A stretch of DNA of 39,116 nucleotides from Octopus bimaculoides (Eukaryota). This document shows positions 1 through 13,432 of the stretch, one piece after another. A program made the translations under genes and the position numbers. Position 1 is the stretch's first letter, and the number at the start of each line of letters is the position of its first letter. Location of the stretch: the NCBI RefSeq assembly GCF_001194135.2, contig NC_068986.1, positions 57,665,937 to 57,705,052 of the forward strand, in the 5' to 3' direction. The notes beneath the pieces were generated by a model. It was given only the letters and a program-made list of their open reading frames with translations. It did not search any database and was not told where the DNA came from.

Positions 1-40
1 TCCCAGTGTCACTTTGATGGAATGCATTGCTCTCTCACTC

Positions 41-96
<56 letters not shown>

Positions 97-316
97 TAAT
101 AATAATGTTTTCAAATTTTGGCACAAGGCCAGAAATTTGGAGGAGAGGTTAATTCGATCACAATGAACCCAGTGCCGAACTTGTACTTACTTTATCGACC
201 CTGAAAGGGTGAGAGGCAAAATTGACCTTCACGGAGTTTGAACTCTGAACATAAAGACGGACGAAATGTCGGTAAACATTTTGTCCGGTGTTCAAACGAT
301 TCTGCCAGCTCTCCGC
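41..316 (-). mobile_element. tRNA-derived SINE (octopus-type, family A) with (ATT)n tail
   Basis: Minus strand reads ..GAGCTGGCAGAATCGTT (A-box-like) ... GAGTTCAAACTCC (B-box-like), then body, then CCTTGTGCCAAAATTTGAAAAC and an (ATT)n tail (41-105). Homologous copies occur at 6506, 17542, 19544 and 19838. Confidence 0.85.
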
Positions 317-318
317 TA

Positions 319-320
319 TT

Positions 321-367
<47 letters not shown>
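319..367. repeat. (TAG)n microsatellite
   Basis: Pure gtagtagtag run; it produces the spurious poly-T/Y/V ORFs. Confidence 0.97.
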
Positions 368-899
368 TACAACAATAATATACGGAGAAGAAATGAATAA
401 TAGTGGTGAATGTGCGAGAAACACGAAAGGATCGGAGAAGTATAGAGTATATCTTCCTGCAAAGATGATGGGAAATTGAAAGATATTTTGCCTTTAAGAG
501 AGATATTTTGGTCAACGAGAAAAGCAGAATTCCTGTATGTTAAAGCAGCTATAGATATAATGTACCGACAAAACTGTTTGATATGGGTCTTGTTATGCAT
601 CATTAACTCGCGCAGATCTTTTTCAAGCTGGAAGAGTCGGAAGAAGCGACCAATAATCTTGTAGCAATCTCTCCTCTTTAACATACGGCCAACATTTTTT
701 ACCATTCCTTCTGCAACATACCTCTGTCTTTCTCTTTCTATCTGTTTATTTCTCTGTCTCCGACTCCCTTCCTGTGCATCTCCACCCCTTCCTTCTTCCT
801 TATACTTTTATACTCGGCTACTATTTTGCTTACTATAGTCTCTCCCTCTATTTATTCCTTATACATTTCCAAAACGTATACATACATATAGGTCTGTGC

Positions 900-951
900 G
901 TATATGATATGTGTGTGTATGTGTGCGTATGTATGTATGTATGTATGTATG

Positions 952-992
<41 letters not shown>

Positions 993-1692
993 NNNNNNNN
1001 NNNNNNNNNNNNNNNNNNNNNNNNNNNNNNNNNNNNNNNNNNNNNNNNNNNNNNNNNNNNNNNNNNNNNNNNNNNNNNNNNNNNNNNNNNNNNNNNNNNN
1101 NNNNNNNNNNNNNNNNNNNNNNNNNNNNNNNNNNNNNNNNNNNNNNNNNNNNNNNNNNNNNNNNNNNNNNNNNNNNNNNNNNNNNNNNNNNNNNNNNNNN
1201 NNNNNNNNNNNNNNNNNNNNNNNNNNNNNNNNNNNNNNNNNNNNNNNNNNNNNNNNNNNNNNNNNNNNNNNNNNNNNNNNNNNNNNNNNNNNNNNNNNNN
1301 NNNNNNNNNNNNNNNNNNNNNNNNNNNNNNNNNNNNNNNNNNNNNNNNNNNNNNNNNNNNNNNNNNNNNNNNNNNNNNNNNNNNNNNNNNNNNNNNNNNN
1401 NNNNNNNNNNNNNNNNNNNNNNNNNNNNNNNNNNNNNNNNNNNNNNNNNNNNNNNNNNNNNNNNNNNNNNNNNNNNNNNNNNNNNNNNNNNNNNNNNNNN
1501 NNNNNNNNNNNNNNNNNNNNNNNNNNNNNNNNNNNNNNNNNNNNNNNNNNNNNNNNNNNNNNNNNNNNNNNNNNNNNNNNNNNNNNNNNNNNNNNNNNNN
1601 NNNNNNNNNNNNNNNNNNNNNNNNNNNNNNNNNNNNNNNNNNNNNNNNNNNNNNNNNNNNNNNNNNNNNATATATATATATATATATATATA
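900..1692. other. (TATG)n/(TA)n microsatellite spanning assembly gap 993-1669
   Basis: N-run flanked by TA repeats. Other gaps: 2522-2698, 8168-8290, 9033-9239, 10187-10700, 11449-12420, 16116-16306, 17877-18191, 27837-28004, 29792-30554, 31442-31751, 37319-37647. Confidence 0.98.
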
Positions 1693-2369
1693 CACACCCA
1701 TTAATTACAGGGCATCCCCAACAAGTGAAAAATACGTAAACACTCGAGAGATATGTGTTTTTAACGGCAAGGTAGGAAAACTTTATAAGACAGCAGCATA
1801 ACGAACAAACAACAACAGAGTGGACTTACAAAGTAAACAATCGAGGAAGAGAAACATTAAGGGTCGTCAGGCCAAAACGAATTGTAATGGTTAACGCCCG
1901 GGAGAAAATTTTTAAAGGAGAATAGAATAAATAGAAGAAAAGAAAATAGTAGAAGAGAAAACATCTCAGGGGGCGAGAGAAATGACGTCCAGCCCGATCG
2001 ACGTCTTGTCCAGAAAAGATAGGGGCGAGAGAAATGGCTTGTAGTCACATGTAAACAACAGGTCCTCCCCCCTCTCTCTCTCTTTCACTCTTCCTCCTTG
2101 ACTCTCTCGTTGCTCACACGTGACCAACGGCTATTCTCGCTTTCGTCCACTCCCTTCGTAAAGACAAGACGTGCTTTTATGTGTCTCTTCTCAAAGCTCG
2201 TTTTTCCAGCGTTCACCATTTAACTATTTTGTTCTCACTGTTCTGATTTTGTTACCACTTTTACCCTCGCAAAAAATCCCAAATTTTATTTAATTTGTTT
2301 TGCGGGAAGGATTGTTTAAAAGAAATCACGTCTTGTCTTTACCTTCGAAATGCGGAATAGATAAAACAG

Positions 2370-2450
2370 GGGACAACTGATGAAGGGATTGTTCTTTATG
2401 TTGGATGTCTCGTTTCTCATTCTGTCTATGTTTTATTGATGTCCTGTACC
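2370..2450 (+). repeat. Unclassified interspersed repeat, copy 1 (GACAACTGATGAAGGG..TTCTTTATGTT..GTCCTGTACC)
   Basis: The same motif string recurs at ~32014-32145 and, more diverged, at ~38915-39040. Confidence 0.65.
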
Positions 2451-2802
2451 AATATATGCATGTATATATACATATATATGTAGGTATGTACATATATGTA
2501 TGTATATATATATATATATATNNNNNNNNNNNNNNNNNNNNNNNNNNNNNNNNNNNNNNNNNNNNNNNNNNNNNNNNNNNNNNNNNNNNNNNNNNNNNNN
2601 NNNNNNNNNNNNNNNNNNNNNNNNNNNNNNNNNNNNNNNNNNNNNNNNNNNNNNNNNNNNNNNNNNNNNNNNNNNNNNNNNNNNNNNNNNNNNNNNNNAT
2701 ATATATAGTCAAATCGAATAATGGAACAACAAAAATAACAAGAGGAGGTGTACATAGATTGCACTAGCTCAACACTCGGCGGAGGTGGAAAAAAAGAGAG
2801 GA

Positions 2803-2839
2803 CTGTTGATGTTTCGAACATAGATCTTCATCAGAAAAG
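2803..2839 (-). ncRNA. Degenerate minimal (Penelope-type) hammerhead ribozyme
   Basis: Minus strand: CTTTT CTGATGA A GATC tat GTTC GAAACAT C AACAG. The CUGAUGA and GAAA cores are intact. Stem I is CTTTT/AACAG (1 mismatch), stem II is GATC/GTTC (1 mismatch), and stem III ACAT is a CpG-decayed ACGT palindrome. Confidence 0.5.
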
Positions 2840-3459
2840 AAAACGGAAACGTCCAGTAAAGGGAAAATATCACCAAATGACAAGAAATGGGAAGAGATAA
2901 AGAAAGTGTTTTTTTTTTAAATAGGAGAGTGAGAAGATGGCCAGCGTGTGAGTGTGTGTGTATGTGTGTGTGTGTGTGTGTGGTAATATCTGTATGCTTA
3001 TGTGTTTGTGTTTATGTGAGTGATGCATGTATAAGTGTGTGAGTCAGCGAACAGGTTAGTGGCTGTACGTGTATGAGTGTGTGAGAGGGCGTGTGTCTGA
3101 GGGCGCGTGGGAACGTGCGTGTGTTTTTGGATGTGTGTATATAAATGTATATATATGTGTGCGTGCGTATGAGTATATATATATATATATGTCTGTATGT
3201 GCATGTTTACACGTGCGCGTATGTGTGTGTATTATTGTGTGCGTAGAGGGTGTTCTATTTGTATGTGTCAGGATATGTAAACGTGTATGTGTGTGCGGTA
3301 AGTGTGTATATCTTATGTGGAGTGTGGACGCATATTATGTATGTTGGTGTGTGTGAGATGGATAAAAAATAAATGAAAATAAATATAAAATATAAAAATA
3401 ATAATAATAATAATAAATTTTAAAGGTGTATGGAAGATGTCACTGGAAGGAGGGGGCGT

Positions 3460-3700
3460 GTTTAGTTCAAATGAAGTTTGGATTTGGAGAGTGAAAATGT
3501 TGCGTTGTTCAAGGCGAAGCCTAATGTTGGCAAGATCCTTGGTGCAAGGCCAGGCAAAAGACAGTGTGGTGTGAGGTGGGGTGACCACCAAAAATGACGT
3601 GCAACAGGCGCACTTTTTCGCAGGCAAAAATTCCATAAGTGTTCTCTGAATCGGTCGGTTAGCCGACGGCCCGTCTGAACAACATATAAGTGTGTACACC
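3460..3700 (-). mobile_element. Penelope-like retroelement remnant, GIY-YIG endonuclease C-terminal part (frameshifted)
   Basis: One minus frame reads LYVVQTGRRLTDRFREHL..APVARHF, matching the PLE pattern YIGETGRRL.DRF.EH..PVA.HF. The adjacent frame reads ..LANIRLRLEQRNIFTLQIQTSFELN, matching R..LEQ..IF.L.T..P.GLN. Confidence 0.8.
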
Positions 3701-3802
3701 TGTGTTTGTGTGTGTCTACCTACGTAAGTACGAATGGGGAGTACCTTTCTCTTTGCATGTGATATAATTGTTGTATGCTATAAGTGATGTTATATTCTCA
3801 TA

Positions 3803-3834
<32 letters not shown>

Positions 3835-4055
3835 ATTATAATTATTATTAAAAGAACATATGTGTGTAACTCTGCTCTGTAATTTACAGCCTTCGCGTTT
3901 GTTTACAAATTTATAAACATACATACTAGACAAAAATTATCTATACATTAAAATTGATTGAAATTGATAGATAGGATATGGGACTGAATTGGGTACGTAC
4001 GAAGCCATGATGCCGTATTCAATTCTCATTAGTTAGGCCCATCATTTTGTTTATA

Positions 4056-4103
<48 letters not shown>

Positions 4104-5053
4104 GGGTAATAAAATCATAACATGCCAGTTAAAAACTACCGGTTTTAACCGGTTGCCTTTAAACTGTCCTCATATATTCTGCAATGTCGTTATTTCCCAA
4201 GAATTACATTTACTGATATTATTAGAGTTAATTCCCAACCAATTGATTTTAGATTTTAAATTTTAGTCTTTATCCCATCCCTAGATAGAGCTATAATGTG
4301 ATAATTGTCTGGATAACCCCACTTTACTGAAATTTTCAAATTACAATATTGCATTTTATTCTATGTTTATTTATTATGCAGAAAGCATGATCAATGCCAC
4401 TATCTTTCTATCATTTCTGATACATAAATCTCAGTAATTCAAGTCAGCTGTTTTCAGTATTCTTCGCTGAGAAGAACTAATAATGCTGAAATATGACCTT
4501 TTATGTCACCAGTTCTATTTAAAAGAATAAATTTCTAACTTCCCTTTTATATTTTCCCCAAAATTTCATTTGGCTGATACTTTTAAGATTACATCGCTTC
4601 TACCGTTTTGTTTTAGATTTTACTCCTCCCTGTTGAAATGAAATGTCTTTTAATTCTAAGAATAACGAACAATTTAATAAAATAAGTTCGTCATTAAGCT
4701 AATTCTTATAGCCTAAATTTTGGTGGAAAGTTTTAATTTGTTTTTAATTTGTATTATAAAACAATGGGTAGTCTAAGGAGAGTTGGTATTAAAATGGTTG
4801 AATATTCTTAGAGGGACTATTCTCTAATAATTGCATAGATAATTTCAGTTAATCGAGATTTTCCAGCTTACTGCGTCTCTTATATTTTATTTTTTACTTG
4901 AGGCAGCATGTTGAAAGGTCTTAGTCAAATGAATCAACCCAGTGCATAATTTTTTAAGATTGATATTTATTCTATCAGTCTCTTTGGTTGGATCAAACAA
5001 ACGAACACATATTGTCAAGCAGTAGTGTGGGACAAATACAAAAACAAATACAA

Positions 5054-5092
<39 letters not shown>

Positions 5093-5095
5093 TAT

Positions 5096-5133
<38 letters not shown>

Positions 5134-6505
5134 GAAATAGACAAATATAATGCTTAAACACATGCATACATGCATACGTGTGTACTTAAATATATGAATG
5201 TTTGCATGATTGCAAGCAGATTGACTACATAGAAATAGTAATTCGGAGAAGCTTTTTTTAAAACTGTAATGCCATAAGGATGCACATTCGGAAGATCTTG
5301 TATTAAAAAAAAGCTTAAAGAAATGAGTATGTTTAGTTTTTAAAAAAAACAGTAATAGTGTAGCGAGTAATTTAGCATAGACAACACCCTGGAAAGATCT
5401 GAAAGAAAGAAATACCAACAAAACATTGCAGAGATAACAGAGCTTAGTACTTATGTGTTATTACAGTTTTAGGTGAACATCCTTTTTTATGATTTCATCT
5501 TATGAGATAAGAATGAAAAAAAAAGGAATAATAGAAGATTACTAGAAAATATCATGAGAAATTACAGATAACATTAGACGAAAGACAGACAAACATTCTT
5601 TGTAGATAGATATAAATAATAATGAGTTTTGTGTGAAAGATATTAACAGTGAAAGCACCAAACATACGTAAAAAGCTTAAGTCCAGCCGTCATTTGATTA
5701 TTATTATTATAATACCACGTAGATGATAATTTTAAATGATTTAGCATGAAACGTAGACAAATAATTACTCATAATCAGGTGCTTTCACAATAACGAGTCA
5801 TGCACTGTCAAAGAATGGAATATATTGATAAAAATAGTCAAAAATTTTAACAAACAATAATAATAAAATATGGTAAAATCGGCTATTGTTAAAATGTTTA
5901 TTTCTTGTATATGCATCTAGTTACAGATTTGTGAAAAATATGAAGAATCAATGAGTACTAGACCAAATGTCGCCCATTTCAACATCAGCATCTGGCTCAG
6001 TGCACATGCGTCTTTATTACGTTCACTCTATGGCAAATATTTGGACTATGTCTTCAATCTGAGAACAGGATAGCTTGATGGGCTGCTCTTTTTTTTCTGA
6101 AGTAACATGAAGGGAACCTCATACCCACGAGGTAGCCTCTCAGTTTGCTAGGAACAGCAGCCAAATTAACTCAATTACACCTGTCCTACTTTCTTCAGAC
6201 AGGAATAATACATTAGACAATATTTCAAAACATACAATAATACAGGATAATCAAGATTGGAAGGCCTTTGGTCATAGATTTACACAATCAAGGCTAATAT
6301 GGTACACCAACTCACGACTCCTGGCTTCTTCCTTTTTTACTGGCCTATTCAAAATGAAGAAGAATTGTGTCTTTGGCATTCTTTAGAGAACCAATGACTA
6401 CTGGGAAGATAGGAGGAGGCTATCCTCTGACCAGTTTCCAAATCTGATAGTTTACAACAGAATGTACTCTTTTAAACGTACTCAAGGGTTAGTTCAGTGA
6501 TGTTG

Positions 6506-6587
6506 AACCTGGGGTCGGTGTAATCGATTCATTCCCTCCCTCCGAACTTGCTGGCCTTGTGCCAACATTTGAAATCATTATTATAGT
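6506..6587 (+). mobile_element. SINE family A, 3' fragment
   Basis: CTGGGGTCGGTGTAATCGA..GGCCTTGTGCCAACATTTGAAATCATTATTAT matches the 3' end of the 41-316 element. Confidence 0.75.
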
Positions 6588-7519
6588 CTGAAAAAAATAC
6601 GATGAAAAGAACAACAGCGGAACGTTTTTCAAAACACCTATAGAATTAACGATGTATCGGGGATTGTTATGACGGAGATGACAACGATGATATCCACAAC
6701 AGCAACAAAAGCCTGCTTTCGACGAAAGAAAGAAAGGAAAACAACAGAGGAGTAGAAAACTGGAAAATGATACTGAGGACGTTCTAAAATATATCGGAAG
6801 TACCATTTCTGCTATTCCGTTCTTTATATGTCGCTCGTGATGCCTTTTTTAAAAACCATGTCACATTTTACATAAACACCACAAGACATCCAAGTGTTCT
6901 TCAAAAATGTGAAGGATGCATTATACAATGTAAGTCTTGACAGCACTGAAAAGATAAAATGGCTACTGTCGGAATGTATTTGGTCGTAGGCCTGCTCAAT
7001 AAGATTTGAATCGTGGCTGAAGAACAGCTATGAGTGCAAAGTTCTTCGTCAGGTTTCATACTGATTAAAATTTGGCAATATCCTGTAAGTGTTGGGCTAT
7101 ATCGCAATTACAGTTTCGTTGTATCCCTATGACAATTTAGTTATATCTACACGTGGGTGTGCGTGTGGGTTTGTACATATATGTGTGTGAGTCTGTATTT
7201 AAGTCACAATACATGAATTCAAGTAGAATATATAGTATGATCCAAGAGAAAACGATAGGGAATGTATGGAGTTATAAATGACAGAGAAATAGTTTGATGA
7301 AAATTTATTTAATGAGAAAGTTCAAATATCACGAGAAATTCTTTCGTAACTTAAAGCATATAAAGATGATTTATATTACTATATTTAATAATAAATAAAT
7401 TACATACATGTCTGCATTAATGCAAACTGCAAGAACCTTTTAAAACGATGCAGAAATTAAGGTACCTTCTCAGGTGAAACAACGTCTTTGTTAGATTTAA
7501 CAAAGACTTAAAATTCGAC

Positions 7520-7590
7520 TAAAATTTCAAGGCGGTGCTCCATCATGGCCGTAATTTATTGACTGAAACAAGTAAAAGGAGAAAAAAAGA
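7520..7590 (+). mobile_element. SINE/retroposon family B, 3' fragment
   Basis: AAGGCGGTGCTCCATCATGGCCG..TGACTGAAACAAGTAAAAG is the reverse complement of the start of the 16645-16821 repeat. Confidence 0.7.
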
Positions 7591-8553
7591 TTTATACACA
7601 CACACACATATGGTAGAATCAATGGATACAAAGATAGAGGAAACTAGCAACTTTATTTGTCACAACGATCGTTTCGACACATCCAGCAACGCTCCCTTGT
7701 AGGTGGGAATCTATACAATGAATTACATTGGACACGCTGTACAGAGGAATCTCTTTAGGTGATGCAATGCAGTTTCTCGTTATATAAATGTTGTTTCGTT
7801 CTTAAACTTAATTAAAGCATGCTGACAGTAGTCGTATGCACAACGTGCACTGGGAAATTCCTAACGTAGATCCAGTAACGATTACCATGGATAACGACAG
7901 GTAACCACAAACAGTGAACGTGATTTGTCTGCATACCACTAATGATATACTCAAATCGCAATTTAAAATTTAAATTTACATCTAGATTTTAATTATAATT
8001 ATATAGTTCGTTACATATGTTTGTGCCTGATGATTATGTTTGAGGTATTTCTCAACATATGAAACTATTAGTCGCACATAAAAAATGTATTCTGTCTATT
8101 AAATATTTATCTCTCACCAGATGGAGTACGGTTTTTGTTGACCTTACCATCACGGAAAAGAACATTANNNNNNNNNNNNNNNNNNNNNNNNNNNNNNNNN
8201 NNNNNNNNNNNNNNNNNNNNNNNNNNNNNNNNNNNNNNNNNNNNNNNNNNNNNNNNNNNNNNNNNNNNNNNNNNNNNNNNNNNNNNNNNNATATATACAT
8301 GGGCTCAACTCTCCTCCCCTCTTCATCTAACCCTCCACCTCTCTCCTCTCTTCCTCTCACACCTACTTCCTCCCAACCACTTCTCCTCTCTTGCTCTGAC
8401 ACCTACTTCCTCTCTTCACTCCTACCACCTTCTCCACTCCACCTTCTGCCTTCATCTTCACCCTCCCTCGTTACCCCACCCCTACACCTTCCAAACCCAC
8501 CATCCCTATACATCTAATCCCACCCCTATCCCATCCCTTACACCCTACTTTGC

Positions 8554-8845
8554 TTGGAAACGTCTGAACCACTCATACACTTGTGTGAGGCTTATACACT
8601 CCTCTCCATATATTTTCTGCAACTTTGCATATCCCTCTGAGGCGGTGTCACCATGACAACTTTCTCTGTCATGGTCAATGCGACGATCACACGTTACAAA
8701 CTTATCTTCCAAGTGAACTAGAAGGTTAAAACCTAGTGTGCATGCACAGCAGAGTTCAAGGTCAATCTTTGCTAATCGACTTTACTCGGCGTCTTTTAGC
8801 TTCGTTACTATGGCAACAGTCCGGATGCTTATTGGTCAGACGTCG

Positions 8846-8848
<3 letters not shown>
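8554..8848 (-). mobile_element. mariner transposon 5' fragment (terminal repeat region plus N-terminal HTH)
   Basis: Minus strand has ATG at 8672 (MTEKV..), a short deletion, then GDTASEGYAKLQKIYGEECISLTQVYEWFRRFQ, a mariner paired-like HTH (YG..C.S...VYEWF.RF). The CGACGTCTGACCAATAAG end resembles a mariner terminal repeat. Confidence 0.8.
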
Positions 8849-8879
<31 letters not shown>

Positions 8880-10700
8880 AACAATTAAACGTCATTAAAT
8901 ATGTGTGAGGGTGTTTATATATATATATATATATTTACAGTAGACCCTCGGTTTTCGAACAACTCTGACCACGAATACATCGTACTTCATATCCTGTCTT
9001 TCTCATATTCATTTAATATGCTAGTGCCTCATNNNNNNNNNNNNNNNNNNNNNNNNNNNNNNNNNNNNNNNNNNNNNNNNNNNNNNNNNNNNNNNNNNNN
9101 NNNNNNNNNNNNNNNNNNNNNNNNNNNNNNNNNNNNNNNNNNNNNNNNNNNNNNNNNNNNNNNNNNNNNNNNNNNNNNNNNNNNNNNNNNNNNNNNNNNN
9201 NNNNNNNNNNNNNNNNNNNNNNNNNNNNNNNNNNNNNNNTATATGTATGTATACACACATACATGCATACATATGCATATGTATGTATACACGACGGGCT
9301 TCAGTATAGTTTCCTACTATCAGATATCAGAGACATATACTTATATGTTCTTCATGTATCCGTGTTTACATTTACGTCGACCTGAAAAACGTTGTTGTTT
9401 TTTAGCGTAGTGTGCATTTATATCATATACTCTAGGTTTTCCAGACACCAGTTTATGTATGAACGAAATATCATCCTTCACGCTCCAAAGTACGGACCTA
9501 TTTGATACAAATTTCTTTTTTCCTTTCCTTTATTCTCTTCTACCTCTCTGCCATTTTCCTTTCTTTCCTTTTCCCTTCTTCTTTCTTTCATTTGTTATTT
9601 TGTTCTTTTTCTTATGTCCGTTCCTTTCCGCATGGCCATTTCTTCTCTTCGTGTCTGAAACACTTAAAACCACAGTTCAAACGTAAAACATTCATTGCCT
9701 ATGATGTTTGATATATTCAACTGCTGCCCGACCATATCATTTGTGCGACCACTCTTTCTTTTTGAAAATTCGCCAGCGGCTGGAAACTTCAGTGCACCAA
9801 AGGAACTAGAAATACCTCAAGAAAAAAAAGAACATATTTGAGATGGGGTCCAAATCCTGTCAAATCCATTTAAGTTGCTTTATATTTTATTACTATTTGA
9901 GTGAAAATAAGGAGAGGAAGACACGTAGGATAGGTCAAAAACAAAAGCAAAAGTGACAACAAAAAAGGAAAAAAATATTTTAAAAATGAGGGAACTTAAA
10001 ACATAGCAGGGTTTTTCCACCTTACATCCGCTTAAATAGTATAATGGAGAGTGTTCTTCGCTTAATTACTTCTTCAACTAAACGAATGATTGAAGAAATG
10101 AAAGAAAATAGTTATAAAAGAAAGGCATTAAGAAAAAAGGTAAGATTTTTTTAATGAAATAAAAAAGACAAACACACACGAAAAAANNNNNNNNNNNNNN
10201 NNNNNNNNNNNNNNNNNNNNNNNNNNNNNNNNNNNNNNNNNNNNNNNNNNNNNNNNNNNNNNNNNNNNNNNNNNNNNNNNNNNNNNNNNNNNNNNNNNNN
10301 NNNNNNNNNNNNNNNNNNNNNNNNNNNNNNNNNNNNNNNNNNNNNNNNNNNNNNNNNNNNNNNNNNNNNNNNNNNNNNNNNNNNNNNNNNNNNNNNNNNN
10401 NNNNNNNNNNNNNNNNNNNNNNNNNNNNNNNNNNNNNNNNNNNNNNNNNNNNNNNNNNNNNNNNNNNNNNNNNNNNNNNNNNNNNNNNNNNNNNNNNNNN
10501 NNNNNNNNNNNNNNNNNNNNNNNNNNNNNNNNNNNNNNNNNNNNNNNNNNNNNNNNNNNNNNNNNNNNNNNNNNNNNNNNNNNNNNNNNNNNNNNNNNNN
10601 NNNNNNNNNNNNNNNNNNNNNNNNNNNNNNNNNNNNNNNNNNNNNNNNNNNNNNNNNNNNNNNNNNNNNNNNNNNNNNNNNNNNNNNNNNNNNNNNNNNN

Positions 10701-10740
<40 letters not shown>

Positions 10741-12420
10741 TCTTCCCTTCTCTCACCCCTCTCTCATCCCTCTCCCCCTCCCTCTCCCTCTCTCTCTCTC
10801 CCTCTCTTTTTCGCAGCCGTCTTCCTATGATGATAAATTCTTCCACCACCACTCCCTCATTCTTTCTCATCCTCATTTTTTTTTCGCCTCTTCTCTCTTC
10901 CTCTGCGATCATTTCTTTTCTTGGTTTGATTACATTATACAGTTGGCGGAGTTTGGTTTATAACATTGTAATGAGATAGTGATGGGCTACTTACTGCATA
11001 CATATATGTCGACGCACACACAAACACACATATATGAATTTATCTATATCTGTACACGTTTACATAAAACACACACACACACACAAAGAGAAAAACATAC
11101 ACACACACACATATATATACATATATACACACTTACATACATACATACATATAGACAGACAGACAGACAGACAGACCTATACAAATTCTTGCTACTTCAA
11201 ATAATTTGCCAAACTTAGACATTGGTCTTGGCTCCAAACTGAAAAGGATTCCAAAGAAATACAAAGAAATAAACAAATATAAAATGCAACGCTATCAAGT
11301 CCGATTATTATTTACACATCAGCGACTGACTTGATAAATCCTGTAATTAATATCTTAATGAAATTCCTTTGAATTCAAGTTTATCAGTTTCTTTACAAGT
11401 CTATGTGCACGCGTGTGTGTACATGTATGCGTATGTATATATGCATATNNNNNNNNNNNNNNNNNNNNNNNNNNNNNNNNNNNNNNNNNNNNNNNNNNNN
11501 NNNNNNNNNNNNNNNNNNNNNNNNNNNNNNNNNNNNNNNNNNNNNNNNNNNNNNNNNNNNNNNNNNNNNNNNNNNNNNNNNNNNNNNNNNNNNNNNNNNN
11601 NNNNNNNNNNNNNNNNNNNNNNNNNNNNNNNNNNNNNNNNNNNNNNNNNNNNNNNNNNNNNNNNNNNNNNNNNNNNNNNNNNNNNNNNNNNNNNNNNNNN
11701 NNNNNNNNNNNNNNNNNNNNNNNNNNNNNNNNNNNNNNNNNNNNNNNNNNNNNNNNNNNNNNNNNNNNNNNNNNNNNNNNNNNNNNNNNNNNNNNNNNNN
11801 NNNNNNNNNNNNNNNNNNNNNNNNNNNNNNNNNNNNNNNNNNNNNNNNNNNNNNNNNNNNNNNNNNNNNNNNNNNNNNNNNNNNNNNNNNNNNNNNNNNN
11901 NNNNNNNNNNNNNNNNNNNNNNNNNNNNNNNNNNNNNNNNNNNNNNNNNNNNNNNNNNNNNNNNNNNNNNNNNNNNNNNNNNNNNNNNNNNNNNNNNNNN
12001 NNNNNNNNNNNNNNNNNNNNNNNNNNNNNNNNNNNNNNNNNNNNNNNNNNNNNNNNNNNNNNNNNNNNNNNNNNNNNNNNNNNNNNNNNNNNNNNNNNNN
12101 NNNNNNNNNNNNNNNNNNNNNNNNNNNNNNNNNNNNNNNNNNNNNNNNNNNNNNNNNNNNNNNNNNNNNNNNNNNNNNNNNNNNNNNNNNNNNNNNNNNN
12201 NNNNNNNNNNNNNNNNNNNNNNNNNNNNNNNNNNNNNNNNNNNNNNNNNNNNNNNNNNNNNNNNNNNNNNNNNNNNNNNNNNNNNNNNNNNNNNNNNNNN
12301 NNNNNNNNNNNNNNNNNNNNNNNNNNNNNNNNNNNNNNNNNNNNNNNNNNNNNNNNNNNNNNNNNNNNNNNNNNNNNNNNNNNNNNNNNNNNNNNNNNNN
12401 NNNNNNNNNNNNNNNNNNNN

Positions 12421-13428
<1,008 letters not shown>

Positions 13429-13432
13429 CACA

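Noticed and set aside
230-316. tRNA gene suggested by A-box/B-box motifs (also at 19740-19820 and 19975-20058)
   Set aside because: No cloverleaf can be formed, and the motifs continue into a shared SINE body and tail.
158-515. Poly-T/Y/V ORFs, and similar poly-I, poly-S, poly-M and LSIY ORFs elsewhere
   Set aside because: They are translations of (TAG)n, (AAT)n, (GAT)n and (GATA)n microsatellites.
6790-7090. Plus-strand exons ending at gtaagt (6930 and ~7085)
   Set aside because: No convincing acceptor precedes the open frames, and the peptides are unrecognisable.
7660-7715. Hammerhead on the minus strand (GTCGAAACGATCGTT palindrome)
   Set aside because: There is no CUGANGA core upstream; at most an unrecognisable PLE end.
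8804-8844. Ciliary-gene promoter (X-box plus CCAAT)
   Set aside because: The motifs lie inside a mariner terminal region directly upstream of its transposase remnant; kept only as a transposon-borne motif.
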